Part shown: piece by piece, positions 55,096 to 64,000 of the stretch | How positions within the stretch are numbered: position 1 is the first letter of the stretch | Layout: every line of letters starts with the position of its first letter | From: Octopus vulgaris | Taxonomy: Eukaryota | Reading direction: 5' to 3' | DNA: 64,000 nt | NCBI GenBank assembly: GCA_951406725.2 | Contig: OX597822.1 | Coordinates: forward strand, 84,072,001-84,136,000 | Made by a program: the position numbers and the translations under genes | The notes under the pieces: model-generated | Seen by the model: the letters and a program-made list of their open reading frames with translations, nothing else | Told to the model about the DNA's origin: nothing | The model's database searches: none

Positions 55096-55318
55096 CTATA
55101 TTTAAGAGATGAGGAATTATGTACATTATTTACATTATTTACATTTGACGGATATTTGTCCTCATCTTGTTTGTTGTTAACACAACGTTTCGGCTTATAT
55201 ACCCTCCAGCCTTGCGGCCCGCTTCTCTACGCCATATGCCCACAAGCATATGGTGTAGTGGTTAAGAGCGCGGGCTACTATCCCCAAGATTCCGAGTTCG
55301 ATACCAGGCAGTGACCTA

Positions 55319-55385
<67 letters not shown>

Positions 55386-55516
55386 TCGAAAATACCTTAG
55401 GAATGAGAACCCAGGTGATGAAGGCTGGAGGTATATCAGCCAAAATGTTGCGTTAACAACAAACAAGATGAGGACAAATATCCGTCAAATGTAAATAATG
55501 TAAATAATGTAAATAA
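55096..55516 (+). mobile_element. tRNA-headed, hammerhead-tailed SINE (copy 2) with head-to-head inverted partial duplicate
   Basis: tRNA head 55246-55317 (tggtgtagtgg A box, gagttcgatacc B box), (AAT)n, then gUGAUGA a-ggcug..cagcc aaaauguu. The left arm 55096-55240 is an inverted, internally deleted copy that retains agcc GAAACGUU gugu. Confidence 0.85.
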
Positions 55517-56519
55517 GCCGCATGAGATAGGACTCATCATCAGGAGGGCTGCAAGCGCTAATTTGCATTCGTGCCCACATTTTAAAAAAAAGGATGGTAA
55601 CACAGGTTGTTTTGATTTGTTTCTTCAGAATTCGTATACGTTGTTTTCCTCGGTCGTAAAAATAATAAAAAGATAAATTACGACTGAAAAGTTGCAGTAA
55701 TAAAAATCAGAAAGATTTCACTTTTATGTAATGGTAGATTTTATTATTCTGATATGTAAATTAGCGCTAAAAACCTTTCCCCAGAGAAAAGAATTATTAT
55801 AAACATTTGTTTTTGAAACAAAACATGTTAATATCGCCAATATTTAAATACTGCAAACCTTACTTTCAACGAAGGGTTGCAAAATTCGGATCTTGTCTTT
55901 TTCCCTTCGCAAAATGAGCCCCCATCCTTAATTTTGCTCAGATTGCTTTCAATTGTGGCGTATCGATGCAACTCTGAATTTTGATTACAATCAACCAATT
56001 GATATATCTCCTAAGTTAAAGAATCTGTTGTCATTTGGAATTAAAGTTGGGAAATTTGGGTGATTTTAGCTAATCAACCGATAGCGCAGCATTAGCAGCT
56101 TGTTACCGTGACAACCGCACGCTGTGTTGTGGTTCCCTTCACTGTTGTCTGTGCCGTACGTTGTTCATATATTTTTCATACACACACACACACACACATA
56201 TATACACATAAATGAATGCATAAATGTACATATAAACTTATATATGAATACATACACACACATGCATTTATATATTAATGATGTACACAAATACATGATA
56301 GGTATACATAATACTGAAATACGCACAAAGTAAACACATCCAGACAAATATATTAATATAACAAATTTTTAAAATATAATAAAAACATACAATCAATGAA
56401 GAGACAAAAGAAACAGGAAGATGATACACATTGACTTTATTAGGTATTTCTGTTTATTTAGAAACCTACAATGAAGAGGTCATGTCACACATGCTAAACT
56501 ATAAATTTCACAGGGTACA

Positions 56520-58150
56520 ACCTTAAAGTTGACACCGCTCCGCTAAACTCAGAAAATTGGCTAAAAATACAGAGTTTCTCCGATTTTTAAACTTCTGTAA
56601 CTTTTCCCTCCAATTTTTTTCTCCACAACATCATACCTTCATAGCAATGAGACTGGAAGACTACATTATTATAGCCGATTTTCAGATTTTTATTTCCTTT
56701 TCGACTTTATAATTTTCTAGCAAAGTACGACTAATCTCGGATAGTTTTCTTCTGGCAGAATTCCATAAAAATGCATCAAAGATTCCTCTTTAAACTTTTG
56801 CCGAAGAAATTCATCACTCTAAAGCTCAATTAGATCCATTTGCAATTCCTTTCGAACTTTTTCAACACCGGCGTTAAAGTGATTTCCGAAAAGATTAAAA
56901 TCAGCTTCTCTAGCTCTGAAGTTATTAAATCTGGTGTTCAGTTCTTTTTCCAGATCATTTAACTCCACAGCAAAATTATCATATCTAGACGTTGACCCGC
57001 GAATGGCTAGTGTGGGGAAATGGAAAGCATCACCAGTTCTGAGTGGATGCTCCCAAATTTGAAGTTTTTTTTTTTAAAGCTTTGACAAGAGAATACTATT
57101 TTATGAATTAACTGATTTTGTTTTTGCAATTTTAAATTGAAATCATTTAAATGTGTAGTTATATCCACGAGGAATGCAAGGCCACAAATCTAGTTATCAT
57201 TTTTCAGCTCGGGAACAAATTTACCTTTCCTTTCTAAGGTACGTACCTCTTCTCTCGGGCTATAAAATCGTTGAGACAACTTCCCTTTACTTAGCCAACG
57301 AACTGCAAAGTAGTAAACAAGTTAACCATACTCTGATTCAAGTTCTTCTAAGAACTATTTAAACTTATTTCTTTATTAGGCACAAAGGCTCAATAAGAAC
57401 TCTTTAAACTGGCGATGGTTAAGTGCTCGAGATTTTATAAAATTGATAGTTGAAACAACCACACGCAATGGATGGTTGCAAAGTTACTGTTTGCTAAATT
57501 CAAATAAGTTCATTCTTCTTTTAATTTGGCAAGATAGCCTATCTTAGACCCAACCATTGTTGGTGAGTCATTCAAGCGGGCAATTCAAAGTCGAGGCTGC
57601 TTTCTTCACTTCTTCACAAATTTTATATCCTGTAACTGTGTCTTTCATTGCCTGAACGCTAAGCAATTCTTCAATGATATTAAATGACTTATCAATACCA
57701 TGTATGAAAATTGCCAGTTGAGTCAAATCGGATATATCCGAGCTTTTGTCAATAGCCAGTGAAAAAGAATCAAAGTCTCTGCTGCAATTTCTTTAAGTCG
57801 TCTTGTTATTGTCCTGCAAGACAAACTAATCTTGTCAAACATACATAACTTTTCCGGACACAAAATTTCAGCCACTGACAAAAGGACATTCTTTTACAAA
57901 TTCCCCATCGGAATAATTTTGGGGATGTTTTGCCGCTTTTTCACTAACAACATAGCTAACATGTGCAATCTTGTGTGCAATCAAACGTGTCCCGCGTAGA
58001 GATGCCAATTGCAACGCTCTTGAATATTTGGATTGTTGTAGATCGAATCTGAGGCACGTTGGAATTTTCACGGTTGTCTGACGATGGCGAATATTGTTTT
58101 TTTGTTTTTTTTCTTTGGCGAGCCATTCAGAAAGCTTCGCGGGCAGCACG
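56520..58150 (-). pseudogene. hAT (Charlie/SPIN, GTF2IRD2-like) transposase remnant
   Basis: Minus strand: VSYVVSEK..YSDGEFVKEC; ISLSCRTITRR; FSLAIDKSSDISDLTQLAIFIHG; VVSTINFIKSRALNHRQFKEFL; LAFLVDITTHLNDFNLKLQ. Many lesions. Confidence 0.85.
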
Positions 58151-58195
58151 TTACCCATGTCTGCACTATCAGCTAACCGACATATTTTTGTCAGC

Positions 58196-58570
58196 TTTTC
58201 TCCCTCCCTCCCTCTCTTTCTCTCTCTGTCTCTTTCACTCCCACTCTCTCCCTCTCTCTCTTTCTCTCCCTCTCTTTCTCTCTCCCTCTCTTTCTTTCTC
58301 TTTCTCTCCCTCTCTCTCACTCTCACTCTCTCCCCCTCTCTCTTCTCTTCTCTTTCTCTCTCTTTTCTCTCCCTCTCTTTCTCACTCTCATTCTCTCTCC
58401 TTTTCTCTCTCTCCTTCTCTTTCTTACTCTCATTCTCTCTCCTTTTCTCTCTCTCCTTCTCTCTCTCACTCTCTCCCTCTCTCTCCTTTTCTCTCTCTCC
58501 CTCTCTTTCTCTCTCCCTCTTTCTCTCTCCTTTTTTCTCTCCCTCAAAATCCCTCTCTCTCTCTCCCTAC
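58196..58570. repeat. Polypyrimidine (CT-rich) low-complexity tract
   Basis: Direct reading; source of the SLSL/RERE ORFs. Confidence 0.9.
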
Positions 58571-59448
58571 CTCTTCTACATTTACTACAATGTTTTCTCC
58601 TTACCTCTACAATCCCTTGCTCCTTACCAAATCCAACCAGGCACATCAAATACTTCTCCCACCACCACCACCACCACGCTCACCTTTGTTGTGTTTCACC
58701 GCCCAGATTTCTTCTCTAAGCCCCTAATCAAATCCTTTCCCTGCAGAACTGCAACTGTAACTCTTACATATTCCTTCTCAACTCACGTATTTCATGCAGA
58801 GATCAACCACAGATATTTAACCTAGATATAATCCCTACAGATCCCAGTCACCGGAGAGGCCCTTCAAAACCCATGGACATATCTTCTTATCCATCCAAGT
58901 AAGTCGAAAAAGAAAACCGCTTGATAACTGGTGTTGATGTGTTTACTCTCCTGTAACTTAGCAGTTCGGCAAAAGTTTCCGATAGAATAAGTACCAGGTT
59001 TTAATAAGTACTGGAGACGATTCATTCAGCTAAAGATTCTTCCAGACGGTGCTCCAGCAAGGCCGCAGTCAAACGACTGAAACAAGTAAAAGAAATAAAG
59101 CAAAATATTACATTTGACAGAGTAATCTGAAGGTTAAAAGGAATGTAAATATAATTAATTCATACTATATAATTAATTATAATTAATTCATACTGTATAG
59201 AAATATATTTAGTTTTATTCAAATGAGAATATTGTGTCGAAGTGTGCCAGACGTTCAATGAAGGCAACAAAGAAAAACTCATTTCGAATTCAAATGTAAT
59301 TCAATTGTTTTTGGTTTGTTTTGTTTTGTGTTTTTGTTCTTTTTTTAGCCAATTTTACATATTTCCTTATTTTTAAATAGCTATAAATTATAAATAGTAG
59401 AACAGATGCTGCATACAAAACACAAACTACATAAGCTCCATCTATCTA

Positions 59449-59491
<43 letters not shown>

Positions 59492-59582
59492 TACACACAC
59501 ATGTATGTATGTATGTATGTATGCAGGCATGCATGTATGTATGTATGTATGTATGTATGTATGTATGTATGTATGTATGTAT

Positions 59583-60100
59583 CGTTATTCAGTTCTGTTT
59601 CAAGATTTATCAATAGAGAAAGAACCAGTCTCTAACCTAGATCCAAGATTCCTTGATTTGAATCGCAAATCAACAACAGGATATTTTTCTTTGTATGCAT
59701 GTATGTATGTATGTATTTATGTATGTATGATTTATGGATTTATGTATGTATTCTCTTGCATATAGTTGCATATCTAGACATGCTGCTATGTATTTAAATG
59801 ATAAACTTCTGGAACGTTTTACAGATTTTTACAGTTCCAGTGATGGACTGGATCTGTAGTCTTCGAATTAGTTTTCTTCTTTCTGGTTCTGAGAAGCCTA
59901 ATTTCTCAAGATTGATATTTAGGCAGTGTGTTACATATCCCAGAGTCCCAATAATTACAGGTATAAACCTGAACTTCTAATCTGGATAGAGTAACTACAG
60001 ATTTATCAATAGTTCAACATAGGTGTTCTCTTTTTCCTGGGTAGCTAATTTCAACCGTACACAGTTTCCCTTCTCTATACCAAATCATTATTTCAGGTCC
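59583..60100 (-). mobile_element. R4/Dong-clade retrotransposon 3' end (restriction-like endonuclease plus 3' UTR)
   Basis: Minus strand: RPEIMIWYREGKLCTVEIS/EKENTYVELLINL*LLYPD*KFRFIPVIIGTLGYVT...LQIQSITGTVKICKTFQKFII*. Flanked on both sides by (TACA)n. Confidence 0.8.
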
Positions 60101-60149
60101 TCTACACCTGCACGTCCGACTTTGACGGCGCCATTAAGTATGTATGTAC

Positions 60150-60180
<31 letters not shown>

Positions 60181-63100
60181 TGTATGTATGTATGTATGTA
60201 TGTATGTACGTATGTATATATGTATGTATGTATGTATGTACATATGTATGTATATATGTATGTATGTACATATGTATGTTTGTATGTATGTATGTATGTA
60301 TGTATGTATGTATGTTTGTATGGATGTATGTTTGTATGTATTTATCATGTATGTACATATGTATGTTTGTATGTATGTATGTATGTATAATGGTAAGTAG
60401 ATAGGTAGGTAGATAAGCAGGCAGGTATGTATGCATGAATGCATGTATGTATGTATGCATCTATATATGTAAGTAGCTATGCAGGATTACTTTGACGAAG
60501 CAGTTTTTCTGTCTAAAAGCTTCTCATGCAGTTTTGGCACGCCATATTTAAGGTCTTTATTGCTTTTAGTAATTCAGGTGAGCAGCTTCTGTAAAACATG
60601 AGTATCTCGTGTCACTCTGCAGAATATTAATAACCAACCATTAAGTGCTTTCTTTGTATCTTCCCATTAAGAAGCCATATTTGTTTAATATTCCTCTCTC
60701 ATTACATTCAACCACGTTCCATTTTGACCGAAATGCATGTTTTCTTTCTTGAATATGGACCAAATAATTAAATAGCTTCTTGGAGATTTGGCTGCTATAT
60801 CGAGCATTTTGAAACACCACATAGAGGAAGATTGTGTTTTACGTTTTGTGTTGTTCGATTTTGCCTTTCTTTTTTCTAACTTCCATTACAGAAAAAAAAT
60901 CAGTCATCTACTGAAATAGTTTAAAAAATGTATTATACTTTCCGCTTTGTACCATGCGATAGAGGGATCGGTGCAGTACCCTAAAAAAGTACTTTGTGTT
61001 ATTTTATAAATGTCTATTTTCACCTCTTAAGGTTTCTGATTCCATCTCCATCCTTCCAATGTCAAAGAAAGCATGCACCGCAGTCGATTCTCTTTTGTTC
61101 TTTTGTCAGAAGGGAAAATCTGGCCCTTTACAGGATACCGATAATGGGGAAAAGAAAAAAATGAAGATATCTTTAAACTGGGGACTGGCTCGAATGCTAG
61201 AAAGAATGAACTCCGTTAAAGTCTTCCAAGTTGCCAGATTGTGGTCATGGTAGAGTTGGTAGTGTTAAATTGAGTAATGAATTAAGTCTGCCACCCAAGT
61301 AGTCCGTGATCGGATTTGAACGCAGAACGCAGTGGGAAGGAAGAAATATGACAAGATATCCCATCCGGCACTCTTTTGTTCCCTCCAGTCTATGAGCCGA
61401 AATAGAAGTATGAAATGCAAACTCAATATTTCATGGATTTAAACTCTGAATGCAGTTGGCAGAAATAGAAACGAAAATGTATTTTGTCCGACGCTCGAAT
61501 GAGTCAAACCAGTAATCACCTAAATTAGCCATATACCACCCATACTTGTCTTCTAGTGGCGTGAGCAATCAATAGTTACGAGATAAGAGCTTTCGTGTCG
61601 TATAAACCAAAGACCAGGAAGATGTGAACGATGTTCGTGTTGATGTCTCTCTCCCCTTCCGGGACCAATAAATTGGGTACCAGTCACGAATTGGAATCAT
61701 GCGAACCATATCCTGAAATAAACAAATTATTCTCCAATGTGAAAATTTAACATTTATTTGCTTAATGATGAGCACTTGAGACCAAGCGGCAATTTTCAGG
61801 CAAAACGAAATAGTAGAGCTTTGAAGTTAAAAGATTATGTGAACATAAGTAATTTAATTTATAGATAATAATGACTTAAAAGACAGCTGGTAGAATCGTT
61901 GGCTGGTATTTCCGTCTGAACGTTCTGAGATCAAATTCCGCCAAGGCTAACTTTGTCTTTCATCCTTTCGGGGTCGATAAAATAAGAGGCAGTTGAACAC
62001 CGGGGGATTGATGTAATTCACTTACTTCGCTCCCCGAAATTGCTGGCCTTGTGCCAAAATCGGAAATCAATATTAGCAATATTAAGATAGTATAAGGCAG
62101 CGAGCTGGCAGAAACGTTAGCACAACGGGCGAAATGCTAAGCAGTATTTCGTCTGTCTTTACGTTCTGAGTTCAAATTCCGCCGAGGTCGACTTTGCCTT
62201 TCATCCTTTCAGGGTCGATTAAATAAGTACTAGTTACGCACTGGGGTCGATATAATCGACTTAATCCGTTTGTCTGTCCTTGTTTGTCCTCTCTGTGTTT
62301 AGCTCCTTGTGGGTAGTAAAGAAATAGGTATAAGGCGTCGAGCTGGCAGAATAGTTGTGAACTCTGTCCTTGAGCAAGACACTTCAATCCACGTTGTTCC
62401 AGTTTACTTAGCTGACAACAATTACTTGTACCTGTAATTCAAAGGACCAGCCTTGTCACATTGTGTCGCACTGAATCTCCCTGCGAACTATGTTAAGTTT
62501 GTGGAATGCTCAGCCACTTGCACGTTAATTTCACGAGCTGGCTGTTCCATTGTTCGGATCAACTGGAATGCTCGTCGGTGTAACCGACGGCCTGTTTATT
62601 CTTATTAGGAGGGCATATCATCATTAAATAACCAATGAAATACAGTTAATTTTACGAAAAAAACATATATCCGTCAAAACTAGCCCCTCATTTGAATTAA
62701 CATGTGTGTAGTATTGGTATAAGTAGTTGCTCTTTTCCGCCTCAAGTTACTGTTTATAATGTCATCTAGACTTAAGTTAATTATTAATTAAAGCTAACGA
62801 AAATCTAATTCTGATTAAATCAAGAGAAACTGAATTCTGGTTCTAGCGTTTCTTTGTATCTGTGTTACGTAATTAGGTGTTGATTTGTATTAATTAAGTT
62901 ATAACAACGTTTTCTCGAAATCAAATTCATTAGATTGTGCTGAATTGTCATAAAATGTATATTTAAGATATCAATTTTAAATGTCTTAATTAGAAACTAG
63001 GAATGAACAAATCGCTATTTAGTGCACTTATACCAAACATACATACCCGCACGCACACACACACGCGCGCGCGCACATACACACGCGCACAGGATTATGT

Positions 63101-63898
63101 AAATGTACATTATCCTGTGAAAAAATAAATTGAGCAAGACGAACATTCTTTTAAAAGAATTTATGCAATAATATATATTTTTAAATCGTTACACGCGTTA
63201 AAAAAATGCGTAGAAATACCTTTACGAATTAATATAGAATAACCTGTCCCTTGGGTTTCTTCCACTCAACTAAGAGGTAAACTGGCAGAGCCGTTAGCGA
63301 GTTGAATAGACTATTCTTTCCACTTCTCTGTTCACTGGGTCGAGATCAAATTTGTCTTTCTTTTGGGAGTCTATAATAGACCAATTCAGCATTTGGCGTC
63401 GATTCATTTATCTCTTCTTCCTTCTCTCGTTCTTTCAAACCTCGAGAAAAACTGACTCGGTCAAGGTACATGTTAAATCATGTTAAATCACACACAGAAT
63501 GTCTGTTTTTTATGCGAAGTTATAATAAAAACAATTTAACATTAAACTGAAGAATTACTCAATACTTTTGCAGAGGACACACACTTTTTCAACAAGCATG
63601 GTGACAATGACTTCGAACTGCTATGCTATATTTCGTCGAACTTTCCAACTTCAGAACTTCAAAGTCTCTGAAATCACGTGATGTAGTAGTTCCACCACCG
63701 GTGATAGACAATTTTCGTCTGCGAAACATGTTTGTGCTTTGAAGCACTAAATGCCTATACGCGATGGTCTTCCAAAACGAATACTGCAGTATTACGGCGT
63801 TCTTACAGTACTGCCACGCTATGTCGAATATAAAGATTGATATGCCTATGTATATATACGCAAAAATGGTGATCATATTGTATATATGTATATATATG

Positions 63899-63947
<49 letters not shown>

Positions 63948-64000
63948 TCAGAAATGTAAAGGTACGTGGACTGTTGGCGATTTTTCCTTATTTTTCCTTC

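Noticed and set aside
55246-55317. Possible genuine tRNA gene (also 38965-39035 and other SINE heads)
   Set aside because: A/B boxes are present but the acceptor stem does not pair, and each head is fused to a repeat body.
58059-58825. 222- and 243-aa Ser/Leu-rich ORFs
   Set aside because: They arise from a stop-free CT-rich tract.

Overview
AT-rich, microsatellite-saturated eukaryotic DNA. The SINE repertoire and the (TA)n/(CA)n/(TACA)n density look like an octopod cephalopod intergenic or intronic region (inference, not verified). I could not support any host protein-coding gene; almost all listed ORFs are microsatellite artefacts. The window is a mosaic of decayed mobile elements: Penelope-like elements (two GIY-YIG remnants), R4/Dong-type and RTE/CR1-type LINE fragments, hAT, mariner, Helitron- and piggyBac-like pieces, and three or four abundant tRNA-derived SINE families. 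The main unexplained signal is a dense set of about 15 hammerhead-ribozyme-like (HHR) motifs, complete, partial or decayed, read by eye on both strands. They are mostly type I with a palindromic stem III, and belong to several unrelated short modules set in (TA)n tracts, foldbacks or tandem repeats. They include U3-A8 core variants, variants with very long stem II, a tandem pair 235 nt apart (retrozyme-like), and a tRNA-headed SINE whose tail carries a hammerhead. All structures were paired by hand and none has been tested. Coordinates of decayed elements are approximate.
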